A DNA stretch of 60,251 nt. Origin: Candidatus Woesearchaeota archaeon (lineage in GTDB: Archaea > Nanobdellota > Nanobdellia > Woesearchaeales > JAGLGH01). Where the stretch lies: assembly GCA_030670545.1 (NCBI GenBank), contig DAOVBM010000004.1:1-60251 (forward strand). Direction: 5' to 3'. The translations under genes were made by a program, and so were the position numbers. Below the pieces are notes generated by a model. That model did no database searches. It saw nothing but the letters and a program-made list of their open reading frames with translations, and was not told the origin of the DNA. This document shows, piece by piece, positions 45,587 through 54,600 of the stretch (its first letter is position 1; the number at the start of each line of letters is the position of its first letter).

Positions 45587-46558
45587 TTATATACCTATTT
45601 TCCTTATTGATATCCCTTTTGAGATTGTTTGCATATAGCCATAATCTGCAGTTATAGTAAGTGGAGTATAGTAGCTTGAGATTGTTTCATCTATTCCTTC
45701 TTCAAGAGTACATATGGTATAGTCTGAATCTTTTCTTAGTTTCAATAATTCTGGCTTACATGAAAGGGGCAAGTCAGATAATACTGCACTAACCTTTAAT
45801 ACATTGATATCATCAGTTGAAAGAGGTTGTGCAGAGCACGCAATGTCAGCCCTGCCATGAGCTATAATAGTTCCATCTCCAACATTCTCAAAATGGATTA
45901 TAAATTGAGGTCTAACAACTCCCCCTTCTTTTGAGACAATCATTCTTGATTCTATACGCTTTATAGCGACTGGCGCTCCCTGGTCACTAAGGCTTACATC
46001 TGCAGCATTGCATGCCTTTTCGCGCGGTTTCAGATTATATACATCAGTATCGACGCATACGTTTGAATGTCCCTTTGTGTGATAATCATAACATACTGTG
46101 ACATAGATTGTGGTATCGGCTTTTTCTCTCTGCGGGCCTATATCCATTATTTCAAGGTTAACAATATCCACATCTTCCATACCCTCGGGCAAAGCAAGGG
46201 ATTTCCCTTGAATATCTATAGTTATCCTGTCATCTATACCTTTTCCCTGCCAGCTTGAAAGTTTAATATACTCCTTTTCATATCCCAGAAGAAGGTAACC
46301 TCTTTTCACGTCTGATGTTCCTTTATTTTCCATAATGATTCCTGCCTGGATCAATGAGCCTTCAATGACATCTGGAGGCGGAGCGCCTTCAATGAATTCA
46401 ATTATCAGCCCGTCAGAGCCTTGTTCTATATCTTCAAGTGAAGGCCTTTCAGGCTTGTATACCCTATCGCATCCTGATGTAAGGATAATCAAAATACATA
46501 GCAGAAGGAACAGGCAAAATGCATTGCTTCTCTTTTTTCCTGCCTTATTTCCTTTCAT
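45587..46558 (-). CDS. secreted lipobox protein, paralog 3 of surface-module family
   Basis: Signal peptide ending ...ILTSGC. Motifs IMENKGTS, VTVCYDYHT..VCVDT, QGAPVAIKRIES, FENVGDG, TICTL and ITADYGYMQT..ISIRKIGI. The ATG at 46558 overlaps the upstream stop (TGATG), and the track start at 46561 is a TTG. Confidence 0.7.
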   Translation of the reverse strand: MKGNKAGKKRSNAFCLFLLLCILIILTSGCDRVYKPERPSLEDIEQGSDGLIIEFIEGAPPPDVIEGSLIQAGIIMENKGTSDVKRGYLLLGYEKEYIKLSSWQGKGIDDRITIDIQGKSLALPEGMEDVDIVNLEIMDIGPQREKADTTIYVTVCYDYHTKGHSNVCVDTDVYNLKPREKACNAADVSLSDQGAPVAIKRIESRMIVSKEGGVVRPQFIIHFENVGDGTIIAHGRADIACSAQPLSTDDINVLKVSAVLSDLPLSCKPELLKLRKDSDYTICTLEEGIDETISSYYTPLTITADYGYMQTISKGISIRKIGI

Positions 46559-49107
46559 CAACTTACTACCCCATTCTTAAGTTCTATATTGGGATTGAAT
46601 AATAATCCCTCCCAGGCTGCAGGCTCTTGCGCAGGTCTTTGTATCATAACTTTGTATGATCCAGAATGAAGGTTCCTGTAATAATTAAATGTTTCAATTT
46701 TCATTTGGTCTAATAACGTGTTTTTACTGTCGCTCAGCAGGTATACCCAGATTCCATCAATATTCTTTTTAAAGCCTTTTATAAAATAATACTGGTCTGC
46801 GTCAGTCCATTTTCCATCATTATTCTTATCTTCTCCAACAAGATCATTCTTCTTGAAAAGAGTTGCTATTGGCACAGCTTCTTCTTCTTCAATTGCTGCA
46901 TCTGCTTCTCCTTTGCACAGGCGGTTTTTCCATAGGGTGTAGTATTTTAGAGCATTATCTGTACTAAATGTATCAATTTTTGTTTCAGTTTTATATGAAT
47001 CCAATGCTAATTTTATATCCTTTTCTGAGTTAATTTTGGTTTTAAGGAATTTGGCAGCCATTTCTATCTCTTTTATAGGATTGTCAAGGAATGTTGCAGG
47101 ATATCTTATACCATATCCAGTCAGATAGTCTGGTATCTTGTTATCATTTTTGTCTATATTTCCTATTCCGCTTGCTTCACTCATAATCGCAGCAATAAGC
47201 GCTTCAGCTTTGAGGTAATCAAGCCCTTGCGGCTTATTCACTTTTACAATATTTCTGACTGTGCTCTGATAGTTCTTGTACCTCTCAATGTGATCATCTG
47301 GAGGCAGGTTATTTTTGTCAGGAGAATAGTCTTTGCATTCTGTTTCTTCTATTCCTATATCTTCCTGTATCTTCTCACAACCACCACCATATTCTGTCTT
47401 TTTTATATTGACTGTAAGGCTTCTCTGGAGTTCATATTCATAGTCAGCAATTAGCTTAAAGTTCTTGATTGATATAGGAGCATTTCCAAGGAACTTATCA
47501 TAATCACTCTTATCTATCCCTATTCTGCATATCAAACTCTTGTAAAGGCTGATTCCTGGCTGGCCTGCAGGTATTATCCTCTGATTTTTTCCTGTCTGGT
47601 TTAGGACATATATATTGCTTGCATCATCATCACACCATTCATTTTCTTCTCCGAAAACAGCTGCGCAGGTTTTAGCTTCAAAATTATAGCCCCCACAATA
47701 ACTCCCTTCTGCTTTTCCATCAAGTTCAAGGTGCATCTCTTTTGGCAGTATTATTGTAAGGTTCTTCACATCCTTGATATTACCTTCCCAGACATTCTCA
47801 AGGGTTATGCCAAGCCTGAATGATTCTATGTCTCTTTTTCTGTCTATGGCAATAGGCTGGCTTTTTTCAAGCTCTACTCCTATCTTTATCGGTCCGTTTG
47901 TCGAGAGAGCAATAGGGTTTGAGTCATATACTCCTATGTTTCTCAGGATGTCCTCTGGGGTGTTTATGTTAGGATCTTGCCTTATCATACTCTGCATCCT
48001 TTCCCTGTCAATAAAGTAATTCCTCAGGTATGATAGTGTCTGAAACCCGAATGCATGATTAAAATAGATTGTTTTAGATCCTGGAGAAAACCTGCACCTG
48101 TCAAACATGCAGTCTACAGTGATTTCATCATATTGCGATACCTTTTCTGTATCTGGCTTGATTGAATCCGGAAGCACAGACTCTGCATGGCAGAAGTTCT
48201 TTATTGTTATCTCCTCTTTTAATGTCCTAATTGTCAGCCTTGAGTAAACTATTAATGGCTCATCCTCATATACCTCAGGGTCAGTTGATTTGACTTCGGT
48301 TATGCTTACCCCTAATGGCTGCCGCACATTCTGATCGACCTGGGAAGTGTAATAGTCCCCAAATACCATGGCTTGCGTAATGTTTTTTTGCCTTTTATAG
48401 CCCGTGACTGTAGAGGTCCATAGACTTTCACCAAACTCTTTTGTATTTTTCCATGAAGTCGAAGCAAAATCTTTAAAATCAGTAATGTCTTTTCCGTTTA
48501 ACATCTGCTGTGTTCCACCAAACATAACAATGCTTCCAACTGAATGGAATGCATAGAACAATACTATGAACAAGATTAACCATGACCTTTTTCTTGAAGG
48601 TTTTGTGAAAAAAAGTGGCAATAGGAACCAGATTGGGAAAATTAGCTTATTAATACTAAATAATGAGAAAGCAAAAAAGTCAAGAAATAATGCGCCAAGG
48701 ATTATCATGTTTGCCTGGCTTTTTTCCATTATCTTGTACAGCCCAGCAAAAAGGAAAGAGAACGCAAATACTAAATGAATTGTAGCCCCTAAATATCCAA
48801 TACCCCCCATTGAGATAATTATTGAAAGAAACATAACCAATGCTGCAAAGGATAGCATATCTTTGGGATTTCTTTCTTCTTTGTTTATGAAAAGATAATA
48901 TAATGCTACCAAGAGTAGAGTCAAACCATTGATATAAATTCTCCAGTCAGTTAATGCAATACTCCTAAAATAACTAAAATCTATTCCTTTAAAACGTGTA
49001 AAGAAGTCAAGCGCAAAAACCGCTAATCCCAACAATATCCACTCAAAACCAGGCCCGCTATAACTGGGTGTATATCTGGTCTGAGAATCTGGGTTGTTAT
49101 CTGCCAT
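46558..49107 (-). CDS. polytopic membrane protein (~7 N-terminal TM) with large ectodomain containing the same surface module and an SLT-like segment
   Basis: 849 aa. Residues ~20-200 are hydrophobic helices. The ectodomain contains NGPIKIGVE, ITLENVWEGN, LICRIG and LIADYEYELQRSLTVNIKK, which parallel the paralog motifs. Downstream lies the EALIAAIMSEASG segment. Confidence 0.7.
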   Translation of the reverse strand: MADNNPDSQTRYTPSYSGPGFEWILLGLAVFALDFFTRFKGIDFSYFRSIALTDWRIYINGLTLLLVALYYLFINKEERNPKDMLSFAALVMFLSIIISMGGIGYLGATIHLVFAFSFLFAGLYKIMEKSQANMIILGALFLDFFAFSLFSINKLIFPIWFLLPLFFTKPSRKRSWLILFIVLFYAFHSVGSIVMFGGTQQMLNGKDITDFKDFASTSWKNTKEFGESLWTSTVTGYKRQKNITQAMVFGDYYTSQVDQNVRQPLGVSITEVKSTDPEVYEDEPLIVYSRLTIRTLKEEITIKNFCHAESVLPDSIKPDTEKVSQYDEITVDCMFDRCRFSPGSKTIYFNHAFGFQTLSYLRNYFIDRERMQSMIRQDPNINTPEDILRNIGVYDSNPIALSTNGPIKIGVELEKSQPIAIDRKRDIESFRLGITLENVWEGNIKDVKNLTIILPKEMHLELDGKAEGSYCGGYNFEAKTCAAVFGEENEWCDDDASNIYVLNQTGKNQRIIPAGQPGISLYKSLICRIGIDKSDYDKFLGNAPISIKNFKLIADYEYELQRSLTVNIKKTEYGGGCEKIQEDIGIEETECKDYSPDKNNLPPDDHIERYKNYQSTVRNIVKVNKPQGLDYLKAEALIAAIMSEASGIGNIDKNDNKIPDYLTGYGIRYPATFLDNPIKEIEMAAKFLKTKINSEKDIKLALDSYKTETKIDTFSTDNALKYYTLWKNRLCKGEADAAIEEEEAVPIATLFKKNDLVGEDKNNDGKWTDADQYYFIKGFKKNIDGIWVYLLSDSKNTLLDQMKIETFNYYRNLHSGSYKVMIQRPAQEPAAWEGLLFNPNIELKNGVVS

Positions 49108-49228
49108 CTACTGCCTCTTTTTTTAATGCGTATATAAAGTATAGCTCTTAGGATTTACAGGCTTATTCATTTTCTCGGATGCAATTATATGGGGATCACA
49201 AAAATTTTCACAGAAAATTCTTGTAAAA

Positions 49229-50416
49229 TCAAACAAGCTCAACCCTTATGTAATCTATGGTGAGTTCAGTCTTTGGTTCAATTGTGATTGTGTTTGAATC
49301 CTCTTCAATCCACCTGCTTATGTCCTGCTCAAAAGAGTACTCATCTTCCTCAAGGTCAAAGTTGTCCCTGCGGTCATTGATCATGAAGTCGCCTCTTTTT
49401 TCATCATATCCTTTGAACTTTATCTTGAGCTTTACGTCAACATCGCCGTCTATGATATTATCATATATATCATCGCTAACATCAAAACCATACTTCCATC
49501 TCTGCGACTCTTTGTAATCAAGTTCTATTCTTATATTCTGTATTGTATAAGTTCCTTTTGTTGTCTGGAATATGACATAATTCTCACCTTCTTCAAGCAG
49601 GCCGACAGGCATTGGCTGCCTGTATATATCATTGCATTCAGGCACTGCAGAGAATATTTCCCTATTATTTACCAGTATATCAAGCACTCCTACCTTCCCT
49701 CCCTCGCATGAAGGGACAAAATTAAGCTTTGCGCTCTCAAGATTATCATATTCAGAATCGCTTAGAGTAAAGATGTTTCTGCTTTTCTGCTTTGATATAT
49801 CAGTTATGTCTGCAGTGATCTTTGCCCTTTCTATCTTGTATTCATTTGTTCTCCAGAACCTGGATCCGACTCCATCAACGCTGAATTCAAGGTGATTGAT
49901 GTCCTGCAGGTATTTCTTGTCAATCTTGATTGGTTCTATATCACCAATCTTTGCAGGATATTCATACAACACGATTCCATTAAGCTTTATTGTCAATGTG
50001 CCTCTTGCTTCAGTCACCCGCATTGACAGAAGGATATTCTCTGTTTTCTCCATATCCTCTATTGTGAATGTAAGGTTATTGAATTCCTTGTCAAACCAAC
50101 CGTTCTTTATGATAAATGGATTGAATGTGGCAACTTCTTTTGCGTTTATTATCTCAAACAGGTATACATTAGGAAGTTCTTTCTGTTCAGCTTCCTCAAA
50201 AGGGGAGAGATATATGTCTGTCTCTTCCATCAGCACGTCTTCCTGAAGTACAGTTGTACTGTCACTTGTTGTAGTTGTCGTCTTTCCTTCTTTCTCATCA
50301 AGAAGCTCTTCCCTTACATCTGGTGGGAGGAATAGTATATAGAATATAATCAACAGTAAGATTATCAATACAAGTGTGGCTGCTTGGGATCCGCCAGCCT
50401 GTGCCTTTCTTCTCAT
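49229..50416 (-). CDS. N-terminally membrane-anchored extracellular protein, first gene of surface cluster
   Basis: 395 aa. MRRKAQAGGSQAATLVLIILLLIIFYILF anchor, a Thr-rich linker (TTTTSDSTT), then beta-rich domains ending in ..IRIELDYKES.. and ..TIDYIRVELV. Confidence 0.65.
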   Translation of the reverse strand: MRRKAQAGGSQAATLVLIILLLIIFYILFLPPDVREELLDEKEGKTTTTTSDSTTVLQEDVLMEETDIYLSPFEEAEQKELPNVYLFEIINAKEVATFNPFIIKNGWFDKEFNNLTFTIEDMEKTENILLSMRVTEARGTLTIKLNGIVLYEYPAKIGDIEPIKIDKKYLQDINHLEFSVDGVGSRFWRTNEYKIERAKITADITDISKQKSRNIFTLSDSEYDNLESAKLNFVPSCEGGKVGVLDILVNNREIFSAVPECNDIYRQPMPVGLLEEGENYVIFQTTKGTYTIQNIRIELDYKESQRWKYGFDVSDDIYDNIIDGDVDVKLKIKFKGYDEKRGDFMINDRRDNFDLEEDEYSFEQDISRWIEEDSNTITIEPKTELTIDYIRVELV

Positions 50417-50552
50417 TAGATATCACCTGCAAGAGTTTTATAATAATTATTGCCTAATTTGAATAATTAAGCAAAAGTTTTTTAACAAGCTTTGATTATT
50501 TGTTATTGGAGTATGCACAAGTGGTGAAGATATATAAATGTATCGATAATTA

Positions 50553-50726
50553 GTAAGTAATAAATAGCTTATAAGGAATAGTAGCATCATCAGGTACAAA
50601 ACCCTTTCCAAGATTTAATCTTGTGCGTCGCAAGGGGTTGCCCCCTTCGGGGACGCAGCACTTTCGGCTACACAACAGGGGTTTTGAAGATGCTACTACC
50701 CCTTAGGCGGCAGACTCATGACATAT
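50553..50726 (+). mobile_element. MITE family A, copy A5 (174 bp, diverged termini)
   Basis: The internal core is homologous to A1/A2/A4 (..AGCATCATCAGG.., ..GCGTCGCAAGGGGTTGCCCCCTTCGGGGACGCAG.., ..TTTTGAAGATGCTAC..). Perfect 8-bp direct repeat GATAATTA at 50545-50552 and 50727-50734. The right terminus is degenerate. Confidence 0.7.
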
Positions 50727-50746
50727 GATAATTACAGGAGAATACA

Positions 50747-51802
50747 ATGAGAATATTGCATAAAGATATAAAAAAGGGAGAAGTCAAGCTGGCAGTCGAG
50801 AACAAGAATGACCTCTGGTATCTGAGCACAATAATTGATAAGGGAGATGCAGTCTGCGGAAAGACTGTAAGGAAGATTAAGATTGGAGAAAGCTCAGACA
50901 GGAACGCAAAGATAGTAAAAAAGGCCATATATCTTAAGATAGATGTGGACAAGATAGAATATTCCCCAGAACTTCTGAGGATTGGCGGCAATATTATTGA
51001 AGGCCCTGAAGATGTTGCAAGAGGCAGCCACCATTCTTTTAATATTGCAGAAAGAACAACAATAACAATAATAAAGGACAAATGGCTGAAATTCCAGCTT
51101 GAAAAGCTTGAAGAATCATGCGAAGAGCCAACATCACCAATAATAATGTGTGTTTTTGACAGGGAAGAGGCTTATTTTGCAAAACTCATGAAAGGAGGAT
51201 ATGATATTCTTTCAAAAATAAAGGGAGATGTCACAAAAAAAGCAGATGAATCAATAAAAGGCGTAAATTTCTATAGCCAGATAATAAGCCAGCTTAATCA
51301 GTATGCAGAGCGTTATGCAAGCAGCCATATCATTGTTGCAAGCCCATCATTCTGGAAAGACGAGCTTATGAAAGAGCTGAAAGACGAATCACTGAAAAAG
51401 AAGATGATACTGGCTACCTGTTCTTCTGTTGGCGCTACAGCTTTCAATGAGATCATGAAAAGGGATGAGGTCAAGTCAGCGCTAAAGAGCGAGAGGTTTG
51501 CTAAAGAGATAAATATAGTTGAAGACCTTCTCAAGCAGATAGCAAAAGGAGAGCTTGCTGCTTATGGGATAAAGGAAGTAAAGAAAGCTGTTGATGCAGG
51601 AGCAGCCTCTGCGCTGTTGATAACAGACAGCCTGATAAAGAAGTCAAGGGAAGAAGAAAGCTATGATGTTATTGAAAAAATGCTTAAAAATGTAGAAGCA
51701 ATGAAAGGTGAAATTTTCATAATCTCAGGCGAGCATGAAGGCGGTCAGAAACTGGACGGCCTGGGTGGAATCGGAGCATTGTTGAGATATCAGATTGGCT
51801 AA
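50747..51802 (+). CDS. pelA: mRNA surveillance protein Pelota (Dom34 homologue)
   Basis: 351 aa. N-terminal MRILHKD..KGEVKL..EN.DDLW.L..II..GD and eRF1-like domains 2-3. CAGGAG SD upstream. Confidence 0.9.
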   Translation: MRILHKDIKKGEVKLAVENKNDLWYLSTIIDKGDAVCGKTVRKIKIGESSDRNAKIVKKAIYLKIDVDKIEYSPELLRIGGNIIEGPEDVARGSHHSFNIAERTTITIIKDKWLKFQLEKLEESCEEPTSPIIMCVFDREEAYFAKLMKGGYDILSKIKGDVTKKADESIKGVNFYSQIISQLNQYAERYASSHIIVASPSFWKDELMKELKDESLKKKMILATCSSVGATAFNEIMKRDEVKSALKSERFAKEINIVEDLLKQIAKGELAAYGIKEVKKAVDAGAASALLITDSLIKKSREEESYDVIEKMLKNVEAMKGEIFIISGEHEGGQKLDGLGGIGALLRYQIG

Positions 51803-51826
51803 ATTATTCTTCCATCTGATACTTTA

Positions 51827-52237
51827 TCATATTTTTGTAAGGACCCTCTCTGGTGGAATCACTTTACCCCCAACATTGATATTTTCCTCTTCTTCTGTAT
51901 CAGCATCAGTCTCTTGTTTGAATTCCTTTGTCTCTCCTGGCATGATAACCTGTGTTGATACAAAAGTCTTGGAAGTCCCATTTGATAATGTGAATGTATG
52001 TTCAACAGTGAATTGCCCTTCTTGAGAATCTAAATTCCTGACATTGACTACAGACCCTACCACTATACCTGAATCATTCCTGTCTGTATACTTATATGTA
52101 CTGACTATTTCATATCTTAGAGGTCCTTCCAGATATTCTTCAATCTCCTGATCTGGTACATCATTCATTGCGTATTCAGGCTGGCAGCCTGTCAGAATAA
52201 ACACAATAACAAATATTGAAAATATCACTCTTTTCAT
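51827..52237 (-). CDS. small secreted lipobox protein
   Basis: 136 aa. Signal peptide ending ...FILTGC. The start overlaps the stop of the acetyl-CoA synthetase alpha gene. Confidence 0.55.
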   Translation of the reverse strand: MKRVIFSIFVIVFILTGCQPEYAMNDVPDQEIEEYLEGPLRYEIVSTYKYTDRNDSGIVVGSVVNVRNLDSQEGQFTVEHTFTLSNGTSKTFVSTQVIMPGETKEFKQETDADTEEEENINVGGKVIPPERVLTKI

Positions 52238-53655
52238 TTAAGGCCCCTCTTTCCTTTATCTATCAACGCTTTCATAGCTCTTGCTGCTTTCTTAGGGTCA
52301 TTATAATCAGGAATCCCATTCTTCTCAAGCAGTTCCCAGCCTTCCCTGCTGAACATGCCTCCCATGTAAGTGCATATGATAGGCTTGTCTTTGAATCTTT
52401 TTTTTGCCCTTATGATTATCTTTGCATCCTCTACAGGGTCTGTCATTGTCTGCAGTGTCTGTATCACAATCAGGCCGCTTATATAATCCTCAGACAATAG
52501 TATGTTTATTGCAGCTTCATATCGTTCTGGAAGCGCATCACCTACAATATCAAGGGGATTGTGCCTTGAATATGCTGGATGCATCTTTCCACTCTTATCA
52601 AGTTTTCTAATTGTTGAATCTTTCAGTTCAGCAAGATTAACTCCCATGCTTTCGCAGAAATCAGCGCACAGCACTCCAGGCCCTCCTGCATTTGTAACAA
52701 TGGCAACAGAGTTTTTCTTGCATGGAGGCTGGTTTGCAAGGGCCTTTGCAAGATCAAACAGCTCTTCAACATTATCAGCTATCTCAACACCTGACTGGCT
52801 GAAAGCTGTTTCATATATCTTATACGAGCCAGCGATGCTTCCTGTATGGGAGCTTATCGCTTTCTGCCCTTTTTCTGTCCTTCCAGCCTTGAGCACAATG
52901 ATTGGCTTTTTCCTTGAAATTCTGCTTGTCACTTCCATGAACCTTCTGCCATCTTTAATTCCCTCTATGTATAATGCGATTGCTTTTGTTTCTTTATCTT
53001 CCCCCAGCCATTCGATAAAGTCAGAGATGTCAAGATCTGCCTGATTTCCTATGCTTATTATTGCGCTGAATCCATATACTGATTCAATTGCCCAGTCAAT
53101 TATGCTGTCTGCAAGGGCTCCAGACTGGCTTATGAAAGCGACATCTCCTCTTGGAGGCACACTTGGCGCAAAACTTGCATTCATGCCTGCAGAAGGCCTT
53201 ATGATTCCAAGGCAGTTTGGCCCCACTATTGGGATCCCTGATTTAGACGCAATTGATACAATCCTTTCCTGTAAATTTTTGCCTTCTTCTCCTATTTCTG
53301 CAAATCCAGCAGATATAATTATTATCCCTCCAACTTTCAGCTTTGCGCATTCCCTGACAATAGTTTCTACTATTGCTGCAGGAACAGCAATGATTACCAG
53401 ATCTATCTGTTCTTTTATCGAAGAAATATCATGATAGCATTTCTTTGCAAGAATCATACCAGCTTTTGGATTTACAAGATATATTTTCCCTTTAAAAGGC
53501 ATGCAATATCTGCATTTGAAAACGCATCCTTCTATCAGATTTTTTGCAATTCCATAACCAACACTTTTTTCATCTCTTGATGCTCCCACAACTGCTATAG
53601 AATTAGGAGAAAAGAGTTTGTCCAGTCTGTTTTTGCTTTTTGTCCTGTTTATCAT
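52234..53655 (-). CDS. acdA: ADP-forming acetyl-CoA synthetase, alpha subunit (CoA-binding + succinyl-CoA-synthetase-like domains)
   Basis: 473 aa. LFSPNSIAVVGAS, GPNCLGI, FISQSGAL and the phospho-His loop SHTGSIAGS. Confidence 0.88.
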   Translation of the reverse strand: MINRTKSKNRLDKLFSPNSIAVVGASRDEKSVGYGIAKNLIEGCVFKCRYCMPFKGKIYLVNPKAGMILAKKCYHDISSIKEQIDLVIIAVPAAIVETIVRECAKLKVGGIIIISAGFAEIGEEGKNLQERIVSIASKSGIPIVGPNCLGIIRPSAGMNASFAPSVPPRGDVAFISQSGALADSIIDWAIESVYGFSAIISIGNQADLDISDFIEWLGEDKETKAIALYIEGIKDGRRFMEVTSRISRKKPIIVLKAGRTEKGQKAISSHTGSIAGSYKIYETAFSQSGVEIADNVEELFDLAKALANQPPCKKNSVAIVTNAGGPGVLCADFCESMGVNLAELKDSTIRKLDKSGKMHPAYSRHNPLDIVGDALPERYEAAINILLSEDYISGLIVIQTLQTMTDPVEDAKIIIRAKKRFKDKPIICTYMGGMFSREGWELLEKNGIPDYNDPKKAARAMKALIDKGKRGLK

Positions 53656-54323
53656 TTTTCAGCAACTATCCTTACATCAACAATATTTATATCATTTCCA
53701 TCCACAATTACTGGATTGAGATCTATCTCTTTTATTTGTATTTCTTTCATGCTTAATCTGGATACTTTGACTATAATGTCTGCTATTTTCGTTAGATTTG
53801 CTGGTTTTGTCCCCCTTGCTCCAGTAAGAAGAGAGATTGCCCTTATCTTTTTTATCATTCCTATTGCCTGGCTTTGGTTTACGGGAGCTATCTGCATTGA
53901 GACATCTTTCATGACCTCAACAAATATTCCTCCAAGCCCAAAAAGCAGCACTGGGCCGAATTGAGGGTCCCTCTTCATCCCTATGATTATCTCTATGCCT
54001 GAAAACATCTTCTGCGCAAGCACCCCTCGTATATCTGCAGAAGGTATATTCTTTTTTATGGCTGTTAATATTCTCTCATATGCTTCAGCAGCCTCTTTCT
54101 CATCCCTGATGCTTGTCTCCACTCCTCCTGCATCACTCTTGTGGATAACATCTCCAGAAATAATCTTCATTGCCAGAGGATAGCCAATCTTATTTGAGTA
54201 TTTTTGAATCTCTGATTTTGATTTTATAATCGCACTATCTGGAAGCTGTATTGAATATTTTTTAAGTATATTTACAGATTCATTAAAGCTAAGCTGGAAC
54301 TTGCCTTTTTCTTTTGATTTCAT
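53652..54323 (-). CDS. acdB: ADP-forming acetyl-CoA synthetase, beta subunit (ATP-grasp)
   Basis: 223 aa. ATP-grasp_5-like pattern (..YPLAMKIISGDVIHKSDAGGV....EIDLNPV). The stop overlaps the acdA start. Confidence 0.85.
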   Translation of the reverse strand: MKSKEKGKFQLSFNESVNILKKYSIQLPDSAIIKSKSEIQKYSNKIGYPLAMKIISGDVIHKSDAGGVETSIRDEKEAAEAYERILTAIKKNIPSADIRGVLAQKMFSGIEIIIGMKRDPQFGPVLLFGLGGIFVEVMKDVSMQIAPVNQSQAIGMIKKIRAISLLTGARGTKPANLTKIADIIVKVSRLSMKEIQIKEIDLNPVIVDGNDINIVDVRIVAEK

Positions 54324-54558
54324 ATATCATGCTTAGTTAAGATTATATATAAACTTTCTTATTTTCTGCCAGTTTTATGTCAATCACCAAACTTTCCTCA
54401 GAAAACTTATATATGCAAATATTTATATACTAGTTAGATTTATCACAACATGAAGGGATTACTACGCAGTAAAAAATAGAGAGGATGATTGCGCAGTGAA
54501 CTACTATGTTGTGGGAAAAACCGTAACATATTAATAGTAGTAGTTTTAATTCACCCTA

Positions 54559-54580
54559 TTGACATAACAAATTTTGTCAA
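54559..54580. promoter_or_regulatory. inverted repeat TTGACA-N10-TGTCAA upstream of TrmB paralog 2 (possible operator)
   Basis: TTGACATAACAAATTTTGTCAA lies ~20 nt upstream of the ATG at 54601, just before the GGGGGGAG SD. Confidence 0.3.
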
Positions 54581-54600
54581 AAAAAAGGGGGGAGTATTAA

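Noticed and set aside
50330-50416. The N-terminus of the 395-aa protein (MRRKAQAGGSQAATLVLIILLL) considered as a class III (type IV pilin-like) signal peptide processed by the nearby A24 peptidase.
   Set aside because: It lacks a clear (K/R)G-(Q/F/L) cleavage context and the conserved +5 Glu or Q-x-S-x-E pattern. It is treated as a plain N-terminal anchor pending prediction tools.
54447-54518. An 8-bp inverted repeat CACAACAT/ATGTTGTG enclosing GATGATT and TGA strings, checked as a C/D sRNA.
   Set aside because: The box positions relative to the stem are wrong, since no D box lies adjacent to the 3' stem, and the spacings do not fit. It is noted only as a hairpin in the acdB-trmB2 spacer.
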